Shown: positions 23,720 to 32,991, counted from the stretch's first letter. The stretch is DNA of 64,000 nt from Candidatus Daviesbacteria bacterium (GCA_016186955.1 JACPKP010000007.1:1962-65961); one strand, 5' to 3'. Numbers and translations are program-made. Notes: generated from the letters alone by a model not told the origin.

Positions 23720-23810
23720 TTAAAATCCCACCCCCTGGGTGGTCCTGAGTATAGGTTTCCTTTCATCGAAAAGTTGCGGGCACAACAATTATAAGATATC
23801 ATTCTTGTTT

Positions 23811-24449
23811 ATGGAGAGAATCAGTGTGCAGGAAGCAGGGTTAGAAGGTTTACCCAGGATTAGGGGACATCATCTAAATAAACTGAAAGAGCTCTATGTT
23901 TTTATGAATACTAAAAGGGAATCTTTATCCGAATCAGGATATCAAGGTTCTTTGTCAGGAGAAATGGAAGCTTTAATCAAATTTTTTATTCAGGAACATA
24001 GCAGCGATTTGTTGACATTTGTAGATCCTGCAACCCGTACTTTTGGTTTATCTCAAGAGTGGATGATGAGTTATATAAACGATACAATTGGAGGTATTGA
24101 AGCCGAGAAAGTTAAAATATACAATCAAAAAACATATGAAGCGATTGTAAAATATATTTCATATCCGGCAAGCCAACAAGTTCTATTGACAGTTACCCCG
24201 GATTTTATTTGCAGATTATGTTTAGTGGGAACACATTGTTTAAAAAGCTCAAAATTGATGCCACTTGATTATAGAGAAATCAGAGAATTTTCAAAGTTCC
24301 AAATAAACAGGAGAAGGGATATGCAAATTTATACGGAGGAATTTAAATTTAGCGATCGCCTGAAGCCATTAATCACTAAAGTAGTGTTAACCACCTTTGG
24401 AGATATTAGGTTTTACTTATCTTTTGGTGGAATCCCACCCCCGGGTTAG
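23811..24449 (+). CDS. Hypothetical protein, DUF1284-like metal-binding motifs
   Basis: IRGHHL and PDFICRLC...HC. Confidence 0.5.
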   Translation: MERISVQEAGLEGLPRIRGHHLNKLKELYVFMNTKRESLSESGYQGSLSGEMEALIKFFIQEHSSDLLTFVDPATRTFGLSQEWMMSYINDTIGGIEAEKVKIYNQKTYEAIVKYISYPASQQVLLTVTPDFICRLCLVGTHCLKSSKLMPLDYREIREFSKFQINRRRDMQIYTEEFKFSDRLKPLITKVVLTTFGDIRFYLSFGGIPPPG

Positions 24450-24452
24450 TCC

Positions 24453-24521
24453 TAGGCACAAAAGGCGTCCCCTTTTGAGGCTAAATTAATTTATACCCCC
24501 TTGTTTTAACTGTAACTATTT
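24453..24521. repeat. 69-bp direct repeat, copy 2 (3' end and terminator of the ATPase-wHTH gene)
   Basis: Identical to 23651-23719. Confidence 0.95.
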
Positions 24522-25785
24522 CATAAGAGCTGTTTTGTTGCTTCAGCTTACTCCGGACTCTTGCTACCAGCCTGTCTATTGCCCAATCGGAGACTCCCAA
24601 TTCCTCTTCTTCAGGCCAGACTGCTTCAATTATGGCTTCCCGCTCACATATCTGGTTTAAGTTATTTTGTAGACAAGTAAACAACAGATGTTCTTTTTTA
24701 CTGAGTTCCAACGGTGGCATTTCCAGCGGTTTGGCCCCATTTGTCTGTCTTGATTTGATGAAATTTTCAAAGATCGGGCTAAAAATCCGGGTTTTACCTT
24801 TTTCAGTAGCAACCAGGCCGGTATCCCAAAGGTATTTACTTGAAAGTTGCCCATCTTTTGAAATTTTTTCTTTGGAGACAATCTGAATCAGTGTATCTTG
24901 CTCTGTTTCATTTAAACTGTCCCAGAGTTCTTCGGATTGTAAAGCTATCCTTTCATCCTCTATCAAGGCCGGAAAAAGTTCAAAATTTTTGTTTAAAATT
25001 TTGATTTTTTCTGAGAGAGTAATCAAGGCGAGCAGCAGGTATTGGATATATCCGCCGGAAAACGCAAATAACTCTTCCTTAAATTTTTTGGGAAGGTGCA
25101 AGTTATACTTTCTGGTGTTAACTTTATAGATAGTTTCCAGATCTTTGGGCTCTGCTGTTTTAACATACATCTGGTATACGATTAGGGCGGGAGAGGCTTG
25201 GCTGAATGCCTTGGGTGCAAGCTGGTCTAAACTCCTAAAACTTGTCAAAACATAAGTTAACTGGTGGTTGGTTGCATCATACAGGCTTTCAAGGTTGGCA
25301 AAAAGCTCAGGCGTGACAGCATCTTTAATACGGTCAAAATGGATTAAAAACATTGTCGGGATAAAGCCTGCCTGTGTGATTTTTATCAAGCTTAACCTGA
25401 CACAATCAAATAATAAAAACAGGTCTTTTGATTGAATTGAATCCAAAAAAAGGTTCTCGACATATTTTTTAATTTTAGGTTCCAAATTTAAGCGCTCGCA
25501 GTTATCAACAATCCTTTTTAAAGTTAACATCCAAAATGGGAAAACCTCCCTTTCTACCAAATCATTTAGATCCACATGGATAAATAAATGTTTTTTTCTA
25601 TTTGGAATGTGTTTGTCTATCACCTTTTTATGGCTTAAGAAAAACCTTAAGAAATTGCTGATGCCAACCCGGCGCATACCGATCATAATGATTGTCTGGC
25701 GGTTTTTGAGATAATATCCTAAATTTTGGGAGATCTCTTTCCTGAAGGTTTTTGGGTAATACGATTCCAGGACCGTGTTTACCAT
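24481..25785 (-). CDS. Degenerate STAND-like ATPase fused to an OmpR-type winged-helix domain
   Basis: Degenerate Walker A GMRRVGISN; C-terminal LSKKE...AVW...IDRLVARVRSKL...TVKTRGY. Confidence 0.8.
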   Translation of the reverse strand: MVNTVLESYYPKTFRKEISQNLGYYLKNRQTIIMIGMRRVGISNFLRFFLSHKKVIDKHIPNRKKHLFIHVDLNDLVEREVFPFWMLTLKRIVDNCERLNLEPKIKKYVENLFLDSIQSKDLFLLFDCVRLSLIKITQAGFIPTMFLIHFDRIKDAVTPELFANLESLYDATNHQLTYVLTSFRSLDQLAPKAFSQASPALIVYQMYVKTAEPKDLETIYKVNTRKYNLHLPKKFKEELFAFSGGYIQYLLLALITLSEKIKILNKNFELFPALIEDERIALQSEELWDSLNETEQDTLIQIVSKEKISKDGQLSSKYLWDTGLVATEKGKTRIFSPIFENFIKSRQTNGAKPLEMPPLELSKKEHLLFTCLQNNLNQICEREAIIEAVWPEEEELGVSDWAIDRLVARVRSKLKQQNSSYEIVTVKTRGYKLI

Positions 25786-25898
25786 GCAGGTTAATTTTAG
25801 AAGGATTTGGTCAAATTAGCAAATAAATCAGGATTTTGTCAGAATGTGGTCAAAATAGCGTCAAGCATATATTTTATCCTTGGCAATAAAATATATCA

Positions 25899-26177
25899 GT
25901 GACAGAAAAAGAATGGACGGATTACGGTTATGGTATCTCTCCGCTTTATGCTGCAGAAAACCCGGTGACTTATTTGCCTATTGCCCAGTTTTCTGCTCCT
26001 CTTGAATGTCCGCAGGGAATAATTGTAAAAGAAGCCCAACCGGAACAAAAAATTCAACCCAGACAAATTATTGTCGCACAGCCAAAAGTAGAGTACAGCA
26101 GCTATAAACGGCTACCCTTTTGGCGCAATTTAATAATAATTCTGCAAAAATGGGCGCCCCGTATAGGTTCCATTTGA
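25899..26177 (+). CDS. Hypothetical protein
   Basis: ORF with TAAAAT ending 6 nt upstream of the GTG start. Confidence 0.5.
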   Translation: MTEKEWTDYGYGISPLYAAENPVTYLPIAQFSAPLECPQGIIVKEAQPEQKIQPRQIIVAQPKVEYSSYKRLPFWRNLIIILQKWAPRIGSI

Positions 26178-26367
26178 CTTTTAAGTTCCAAGAGGTTAAT
26201 ATGTTATTCTGTCAAACGAAAAACCACGGAAGTTAATCGTGGATGAAGTTTGCTTCGCCGACAGGCGAATCTCGCCGAAGGCGAGCAGGAAGAGAAACTA
26301 CGGGCGAAGCGAAGCGGAGTCCGTAGAGGCTCATTCTAAAGCACCCCTCTTCAGGGGGCTATTTTTT
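26174..26367 (+). ncRNA. Promoter + multi-hairpin leader RNA + terminator upstream of greA (possible IS200/IS605-derived MITE)
   Basis: TTGACT-17-TAATAT; four hairpins; CCCCT-CTTC-AGGGG followed by a T-run. Confidence 0.45.
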
Positions 26368-26379
26368 GAAATCACACCT

Positions 26380-26628
26380 ATGGATCAGTTAAAAAAACAA
26401 AAGCTTGAAATGTGGCAAAAAAAACTTGAAGGGCTTCAAAAAGAGTTCAAGGAGATTATGGTGCGCAAAGGGGAAGCTGCAGCTGACGGTGACCTTTCAG
26501 AAAATGCAGCATACAAACAGGCTGTGGAGGAGGCTGATATTTGCCTGGTCAGGATCAGTGAAATTAAAAAAATTATAGCTAATTTGGAAGGACCCGCCTC
26601 CGCCAAGGCTCCGGCGGGCAAGGGATAA
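26380..26628 (+). CDS. greA: GreA N-terminal coiled-coil-only protein (start refined to MDQLKK)
   Basis: GDLSENAAY motif; no C-terminal domain. Confidence 0.75.
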   Translation: MDQLKKQKLEMWQKKLEGLQKEFKEIMVRKGEAAADGDLSENAAYKQAVEEADICLVRISEIKKIIANLEGPASAKAPAGKG

Positions 26629-26632
26629 TAGA

Positions 26633-28801
26633 ATGGCTGTTACAAAGACTAAGAGAGATTACCCCCTTGATAGGATACGTAACATAGGCATCATTGCCCA
26701 TATTGATGCCGGGAAGACCACCACAACAGAGCGGATCTTATTTTATACCGGTAAAACTTATAAAATAGGTAATATTGATGAAGGCACTACCACAACTGAT
26801 TGGATGGAACAGGAAAAGGAACGTGGTATTACAATAGTTTCTGCTGCTATAACCGCTTCCTGGACTGCCAAGTCAGGACCTTTTCAAGACCAGGAGATGA
26901 GGATTAATTTAATTGATACCCCCGGGCATGTGGATTTTACAGTGGAGGTAGAGCGGTCCTTGCGGGTTTTGGACGGAGGGGTGATTGTTTTGGATGCAGC
27001 CTCTGGTGTGCAGTCCCAGACCGAGACTGTCTGGAGGCAGGCCAATAAATACCATGTTCCTCTGATTGCATTTGCCAACAAGATGGATGTGGTTGGGGCT
27101 GATTTTTTGGGCACAATCCAGTCAGCCAGAGATAGATTAGGGGCAAACGCTATCGCCTATAACCTGCCGATTGGTGCGGAAACCAGTTTTAAAGGGGTTG
27201 TGGATTTGTTGGGTAATGATGAGAAGGGTGCTTTCGCGATTGTTTGGGAGCAAAGTGGTTCTGATTTTGATCCCAGTGGTTCAAAATTTAACATAACAGA
27301 TATTCCAGAAGATATGAAAATTGCAGTTGAGGAGCACAGAAATAAATTGATTGAAGAGATTTGTGCTACGGATGAAGTTTTATTGGAACAGTTTCTTAAT
27401 GGTAAGAAGATTGCTGTTAATGATTTGAAGTTAGCTTTGAGAAAAGCAGTAATTGCTGAAAAAATTGTCCCGGTTATGGCAGGTTCTTCACTTCGCAATA
27501 AAGGGGTGCAACCAATGCTTGATAATGTGGTTAATTTTTTGCCTTCCCCCCAGGATTTGCCTGAGATTAAAGGGCTTGACCCTAAAACCCAAGAGGAAAA
27601 GATTTTTCAGAATGTAAAAGATGCCCCTTTGGGCGCTTTGGCTTTTAAAATCCAGGTTGACCCTCATGTTGGGAGGCTCACTTATGTTAGGGTTTATTCT
27701 GGGATTTTAAAATCAGGTTCATATCTTTACAACTCAACAAAAGATGTAAAAGAGCGGGTAGGGAGGGTGCTTTTAATGCACGCCAATGATAGGGAGGAGA
27801 TTGATGAAGCTTTTGCAGGGGAAATTATAGCAGTAGTGGGGTTGAAAGATACTGTGACTGGAGATACGCTTTGTGATGATTCAAACCCGATTGTTTTGGA
27901 ATCCATTACTTTTGCAGAACCTGTGATCTCTCTTGCTATTGAACCCAAAACTAAATCAGACCAGGAAAAACTGGCTTATTCTTTGCAAAGACTGGGGGAA
28001 GAAGACCCAACATTTCGGGTAAAATCTAACCCTGAGACAGGACAGACTATTATCTCCGGTATGGGAGAGCTCCATCTGGAGATTATTGTGGACAGGATGA
28101 AAAGGGAGTTTAAGGTGGAGGCGAATATTGGAGAGCCTCAGGTTGCATACCGGGAAACTATCCAAAAAGAAGCAAGGGGTGAGGGTAAGTACATCAGGCA
28201 GACTGGTGGCAGAGGCCAATACGGACATTGCTTGCTTAGGATTGAACCTCTTCCCAGGGGCCAGGGACGGGAATTTGTCTCAGAAGTTGTGGGTGGGGCA
28301 ATACCAAGGGAGTTTATTCCGGCTATCGAAAAAGGGGTTATTGAAAAAGAAGACACCGGAATGTTGGCCGGTTTTCCGGTAACGGATATCAAAGTTGCGG
28401 TTTATGACGGGTCATATCATGATGTTGATTCATCTGAGATTGCATTTAAAATTGCCGGATCCTTAGGGCTTTCCGAGGCTGCCAAAGAGGCGGATATGAT
28501 ACTTTTGGAGCCTATTATGAAGGTGGAAGTGACAACGCCTGAGGAATTTATGGGAGATCTGATTGGGGATTTATCTTCAAAACGGGCACAGATCCTGGGT
28601 ACTGAGAAAAGGCATAATTCAAGCGTGATTAATGCTTTGGTGCCTCTTGCAGAACTTGGAGGTTATATAACTGCCATAAGGTCAATGTCACAAGGTCGTG
28701 CTTCAGCCTACATTGAGCCCTCCCATTATGAGAGTGTGCCAAGTAACATTACCCAAAAAATTGTTGCATCTTCAGGGTTCACTGGCAGAGTTGAGCATTA
28801 A
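26633..28801 (+). CDS. fusA: Elongation factor G
   Basis: AHIDAGKTTTTE, DTPGHVDF, GMGELHLE, GGRGQYGH. Confidence 0.98.
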   Translation: MAVTKTKRDYPLDRIRNIGIIAHIDAGKTTTTERILFYTGKTYKIGNIDEGTTTTDWMEQEKERGITIVSAAITASWTAKSGPFQDQEMRINLIDTPGHVDFTVEVERSLRVLDGGVIVLDAASGVQSQTETVWRQANKYHVPLIAFANKMDVVGADFLGTIQSARDRLGANAIAYNLPIGAETSFKGVVDLLGNDEKGAFAIVWEQSGSDFDPSGSKFNITDIPEDMKIAVEEHRNKLIEEICATDEVLLEQFLNGKKIAVNDLKLALRKAVIAEKIVPVMAGSSLRNKGVQPMLDNVVNFLPSPQDLPEIKGLDPKTQEEKIFQNVKDAPLGALAFKIQVDPHVGRLTYVRVYSGILKSGSYLYNSTKDVKERVGRVLLMHANDREEIDEAFAGEIIAVVGLKDTVTGDTLCDDSNPIVLESITFAEPVISLAIEPKTKSDQEKLAYSLQRLGEEDPTFRVKSNPETGQTIISGMGELHLEIIVDRMKREFKVEANIGEPQVAYRETIQKEARGEGKYIRQTGGRGQYGHCLLRIEPLPRGQGREFVSEVVGGAIPREFIPAIEKGVIEKEDTGMLAGFPVTDIKVAVYDGSYHDVDSSEIAFKIAGSLGLSEAAKEADMILLEPIMKVEVTTPEEFMGDLIGDLSSKRAQILGTEKRHNSSVINALVPLAELGGYITAIRSMSQGRASAYIEPSHYESVPSNITQKIVASSGFTGRVEH

Positions 28802-28900
28802 ATTTGCATTTTTTTGTAAGTTGTATTAGTATATATATACTTAAATCTCCCGCAAGGACCAAAAGTCATTTGCGGGATTTTTTGTGCTATACTCATTTGC

Positions 28901-29455
28901 ATGAAACAAGCCCGCTGCGTGATTATTATTGATGGGAGTAACTTCTACTTCAAGTTAAAAGATTTGGATTTACATTATGAACTGCAATTTGATTTCTCTG
29001 GTTTTGCTAAATTGCTGGCTGGTAAGAATAAAATTGCGAGGTGTGTGTACTATGTGGGTGCGGTAAGAACAGATGGTACAAAACATACCCAAAAGTTGTT
29101 TAATAAGCAGCAGAAACTTTTTGCAAATCTCAAGAAACATAATTTTCAATATTCGCTTGGATATTTGTTGAAATCTGGCGGAAAAATGCATGAAAAAGGA
29201 GTAGATGTTAATATGGCTGTTGATATAGTTAAAGGTGCGCTAAAAGATGAGTTTGAACATTTTATTATAGTCAGCTCGGACACGGATTTGTTACCAGCTA
29301 TATTAGTAGTCAAAGAAGCGGGCAAAACTATTGAATATATAGGATTTTCTCATCAAGCAAGTTTGGCGATGGTAGCTAATTGTTCCGAATCCAGGTTATT
29401 GAAAAAAGAGGATTTACTACCTTTTGTAAGTCGCAAAATATCACCCAAAAAATAG
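28901..29455 (+). CDS. NYN (LabA/DUF88, PIN-like) nuclease
   Basis: IDGSN, EKGVDVNMAVD, SSDTDL. Confidence 0.88.
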   Translation: MKQARCVIIIDGSNFYFKLKDLDLHYELQFDFSGFAKLLAGKNKIARCVYYVGAVRTDGTKHTQKLFNKQQKLFANLKKHNFQYSLGYLLKSGGKMHEKGVDVNMAVDIVKGALKDEFEHFIIVSSDTDLLPAILVVKEAGKTIEYIGFSHQASLAMVANCSESRLLKKEDLLPFVSRKISPKK

Positions 29456-29493
29456 TGGCATCCTCCGGGTTTACAGGCAGAGTAGAGCATTAA

Positions 29494-29877
29494 TTATTTG
29501 AAATATTGCCTTTTACGATAAATTGCCCAGAACCAGAGTGTGCTTACGATGATAAGACTTAACCAAGCAGGTATATAAGAATAGGGCCAATATGCACCTG
29601 AAGAATTTTTGAAAAAAATAACCAAATAATCAAGAAATGATATTATCCAGCTAATTATTGATAAATAAATCCCCCACTTTTGAAATTTCCAAAGTCCGTA
29701 TATTAAGACAATTGCCACTAAGTTTACTAAGATCCTGTAGGGAAAATACCAAATAGGGTTGAAATTTTCAAGGTTTATTTGGTTAAATTTGAAGAAAATT
29801 AAGTAAAGGGAATATAAAACGGATAAAGAAAAAATAAATAGAACAATTGTTAAAAATTTGCCTCGCTCTTTTTTCAT
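29494..29877 (-). CDS. Membrane protein
   Basis: Four hydrophobic segments. Confidence 0.7.
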   Translation of the reverse strand: MKKERGKFLTIVLFIFSLSVLYSLYLIFFKFNQINLENFNPIWYFPYRILVNLVAIVLIYGLWKFQKWGIYLSIISWIISFLDYLVIFFKNSSGAYWPYSYIPAWLSLIIVSTLWFWAIYRKRQYFK

Positions 29878-29976
29878 ATAAACTAATTATAATATTAAAT
29901 TACACTTTTTACAAAGATTGTTTAAGAAAACGTTTTTCTTAAACATTACCCCTCTGATGTGGCAGGACAATTTTAA

Positions 29977-29999
29977 TATCACACCTCCGAGGTGTGATA
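29977..29999. repeat. Palindrome TATCACACCTCCGAGGTGTGATA
   Basis: Perfect stem; same core as 6902-6922. Confidence 0.85.
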
Positions 30000-30009
30000 A
30001 AAATAGCTG

Positions 30010-30038
30010 TTGACAAATTGGATACAAGCTCATAGAAT
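30010..30038 (+). promoter_or_regulatory. sigma70 promoter, probably leaderless
   Basis: TTGACA-17-TAGAAT, ATG 7 nt downstream. Confidence 0.7.
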
Positions 30039-30045
30039 CACTGGC

Positions 30046-30780
30046 ATGGAGAGCCAAGGTGCAGTGAAGAAAATTTCAAGAGTTAGAAAAACCATCATTG
30101 ATACCAAACCAGAACCTGTATCACAAATAGACTCCATACCCACTATTCAACTTCACTCAAAAAAAGATATTTTCAATAACCTCAATGAAGAAATAAAAAA
30201 ATTAAAAGATCAATTTGATATTTTGGAAAAAGAAATTACTGAAACAAGACAAGAGTGGGTTAAGGAACAAAGAGTTCATCAACAGGAGATGGAGGAAAGA
30301 GAACGTCAAGAGAATCTTGGAAGAAAACATGAGCAAGAGCTGTACCAGTATGAAACAAATTTGAATCATAAAAAAGCGGAAGATGAATTTAGTGACAAAA
30401 AAACTAAGTGGGAAAAGGAGCTTTTAGAGCGTAAAGATGAGCTTGCAAAAGATAAACAGGAATTAGCGGAATTAAGAAGCAAGGTAGCAGGTTTTGAACA
30501 ACAGCTTGTCAAAGCAGCAGATGGGGCATCTGAAGCGGCTAAAAAAGAGCTGGAATCTAGGTTTGAGAATGAAAAAAGATTATATGAGCAGCAAGTCAAG
30601 GCGGAAAAAGATGTACTCAATTTAAGGCTCAGCAATTTGACTGCTGATAATAGTAGGCAAGCTCATGAGATAGAAACTCTCAAAAAAGCTTTGGATGAAG
30701 CTACAAGACAGGTGAAGGAGATAGCGGTAAAAGTGATTGAATCAAACAGCGGTGTAATTAAAACCTCCTCTGCAGAATAG
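30046..30780 (+). CDS. Coiled-coil protein (start refined to ATG 30046)
   Basis: E/K/Q-rich heptad pattern throughout. Confidence 0.75.
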   Translation: MESQGAVKKISRVRKTIIDTKPEPVSQIDSIPTIQLHSKKDIFNNLNEEIKKLKDQFDILEKEITETRQEWVKEQRVHQQEMEERERQENLGRKHEQELYQYETNLNHKKAEDEFSDKKTKWEKELLERKDELAKDKQELAELRSKVAGFEQQLVKAADGASEAAKKELESRFENEKRLYEQQVKAEKDVLNLRLSNLTADNSRQAHEIETLKKALDEATRQVKEIAVKVIESNSGVIKTSSAE

Positions 30781-30834
30781 TTACTTTTAATGTGATCGTT
30801 TAAATATCCGTAGTATGGTAAAATAAATTTACGT

Positions 30835-31191
30835 ATGAATGAACAAGAGGTTAGTTTAGACCAACTAAAACAGATAATACGGGAAAAAGGCATAAATCCC
30901 GCCCCTGGCGCTAAACCCGGCAGTTTTACAGCATATGGAATCGTTTTAGGAAACCATGGATTAGCAGCTACGGAAGTTTTTTATGAAATTTATAAAAGAC
31001 TTAAACCTATCTTTGGAGAAGCGCTGCTGGATGGTTTTTCAACTTCTGCCGCGCATGCGGAACTGGGGAGATTTGAGCCTAAATTAGCGCCTTACTCCGA
31101 TGGAGAAACAGCCTGGCTTGAGGCTCAGAAATCAGAGCTGACTGTTTATTTAAAAAGCACACTGAAGCGGAGGAAACAGGTAGGATTGTAA
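30835..31191 (+). CDS. Hypothetical protein
   Basis: ORF at the head of an apparent 3-gene operon. Confidence 0.6.
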   Translation: MNEQEVSLDQLKQIIREKGINPAPGAKPGSFTAYGIVLGNHGLAATEVFYEIYKRLKPIFGEALLDGFSTSAAHAELGRFEPKLAPYSDGETAWLEAQKSELTVYLKSTLKRRKQVGL

Positions 31192-31205
31192 GTGGCCGAG
31201 CCAAT

Positions 31206-32291
31206 ATGGTTGAGAATAAACCCCAAAAATTATGGTTGTACGATCAAACTATTGCAGGTGAAGGTTTGAGCCAAATTGTCCAAGATCTTCTGAAAGATGT
31301 CCCAAGTATCGGGCAGCCAAATATCTTTCCATTGGAGTGGCATGGTGATGCCCATGGAAAATTAGCAAAGCTTTATGAAACAGCAAAAGAACGTGCTTGG
31401 AATCCGGCTCAGGCGATTGATTGGAAAAAGTTGGATCCCAAAGACTTTACAAGAGAACAACGGTTGGGGGTAATGTATTGGTATTCAGTTTTGGCGAATT
31501 TCGACGGTTCGGGGCCTCCGGTTTTTGCTAAAGCAATGATAAAATCTTATGAAACACATGAACCTAATGAGCTTAGAAATGCATTTTTTTCAATAGCCCG
31601 GGATGAAGTAAACCATGAAGAGGTTTGTTACCGGACAGTTTCCAGGCTTTGGTCTCAAACCCCGACAGAATGGGACCCTCAAAATGACCTAGAAGCTTTA
31701 GCCTTGAGAAACATCCGTTGGCTTTATTATAACGGCGGTAGATATTGGAAAGGTTATTCCAAGGCTTTGGAAGAAAAATATCCGATGAGCGTACTTTTTT
31801 CTTCATTTATGATGGGAGAGGTTGCGGCCACAACCCTTTTTCACAACATGAGTAAGGCAGCCAAACATCCTGTTTTTGCCCAGGGGCTTAAAAAAGTTGG
31901 GCAGGATGAAGCTAGGCATATGGCAATTTGCCTGGCTGCGTTGGAGCATGAATATATGAAACTGACAGAAGAAGATAAACAGATGATTACTAAGCAGCTT
32001 CGGGCCGGGTTTGTATTTCTTTCCATGATTTTGTATGAACCGCCTGATGAATTTTGGAAGCTGCCCCCGGAATTTTTGGAGGTTCATAGAAAATTAGAAC
32101 AGTTAGCAAGGGAAGCAGGTTTGGGAGTGGCAACCTTAAGCGAAAAGAAACAAGTTTGGCAGGAGGCAATGCTTAAAGTAAAAACAGTAGTAAACTCCTA
32201 TGGAGTGGAATTTCCAGCCATGCCTGAAGTAGGTATCACCGGAAAGGAGGTTGTAAATATCAGCATGGAAGATATAATTCCTGTATTCTAA
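31206..32291 (+). CDS. Ferritin-like di-iron protein
   Basis: Paired DEVNH and DEARH (ExxH) motifs. Confidence 0.78.
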   Translation: MVENKPQKLWLYDQTIAGEGLSQIVQDLLKDVPSIGQPNIFPLEWHGDAHGKLAKLYETAKERAWNPAQAIDWKKLDPKDFTREQRLGVMYWYSVLANFDGSGPPVFAKAMIKSYETHEPNELRNAFFSIARDEVNHEEVCYRTVSRLWSQTPTEWDPQNDLEALALRNIRWLYYNGGRYWKGYSKALEEKYPMSVLFSSFMMGEVAATTLFHNMSKAAKHPVFAQGLKKVGQDEARHMAICLAALEHEYMKLTEEDKQMITKQLRAGFVFLSMILYEPPDEFWKLPPEFLEVHRKLEQLAREAGLGVATLSEKKQVWQEAMLKVKTVVNSYGVEFPAMPEVGITGKEVVNISMEDIIPVF

Positions 32292-32292
32292 T

Positions 32293-32778
32293 ATGGAAAG
32301 AATGGTTGGAAAAGCAGTCAGAACCTTAGATGACAAAACAACTGTTTTGAACTTTGACAGTATAAAGAGAGGCGACAGGTTTGTGATGGAGCAGGAAGTT
32401 ACAAGGGAAAAGGTGATGCTTTTTGCACAGGCTTCCGGTGATTTCAGTCTTTTACACTCTGATCCTCAATATGCATTAAATACCCGTTTTGGCAAGGTTA
32501 TTGCCCATGGAATGCTGACAGGGGGTTTTATTTCTGCAGCGCTTGCGGGTTTAGGTAAAGACGCAATGACTGCAGTCTATCTGGAGCAGTTTTTAAAATT
32601 CCACAGGCCGGTTGTAGAAGGGGATATTTTAAGGGTTTATTTAAAAATCACTTGTAAAAATAACACAGACAAAAGCCTTTGTTTGACGACAGATTGTTAC
32701 AACAGAAGAGATCGATTGGTAGTCAGCGGTAGGGCAAAAATCCGTTTGGATCCATACCCATATCCTCAAGCTGCCTGA
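32293..32778 (+). CDS. MaoC-family hotdog dehydratase
   Basis: FAQASGDFSLLHSD...IAHGML. Confidence 0.85.
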   Translation: MERMVGKAVRTLDDKTTVLNFDSIKRGDRFVMEQEVTREKVMLFAQASGDFSLLHSDPQYALNTRFGKVIAHGMLTGGFISAALAGLGKDAMTAVYLEQFLKFHRPVVEGDILRVYLKITCKNNTDKSLCLTTDCYNRRDRLVVSGRAKIRLDPYPYPQAA

Positions 32779-32899
32779 AAATTCAGGATGATCGGGATCA
32801 CGCAAAATTTCAAACTAACTATTGCATTTTGCGCTAGATTATTATATTATTTGGTATAAGCCCAGCTTTGGAAGCTGGATTTTAATGGGTTGGTACCCA

Positions 32900-32981
32900 T
32901 GTCATTTCGATACGCAAGTGAGAAATCTTATATAGAAATTAGATTGCCACGTCGCTCGTAAACTCACTCCTCGCAATGACA
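32900..32981. repeat. Inverted doublet of CGTC/TGTC-type REPs upstream of tuf
   Basis: TGTCATTTCGA...AAATCT / AGATTGCCAC...CGCAATGACA. Confidence 0.7.
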
Positions 32982-32991
32982 AAGGAAACAT

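Noticed and set aside
26239-26379. N-terminal extension of the GreA ORF in the ORF track
   Set aside because: It reads through hairpins and a terminator; ATG 26380 fits better.
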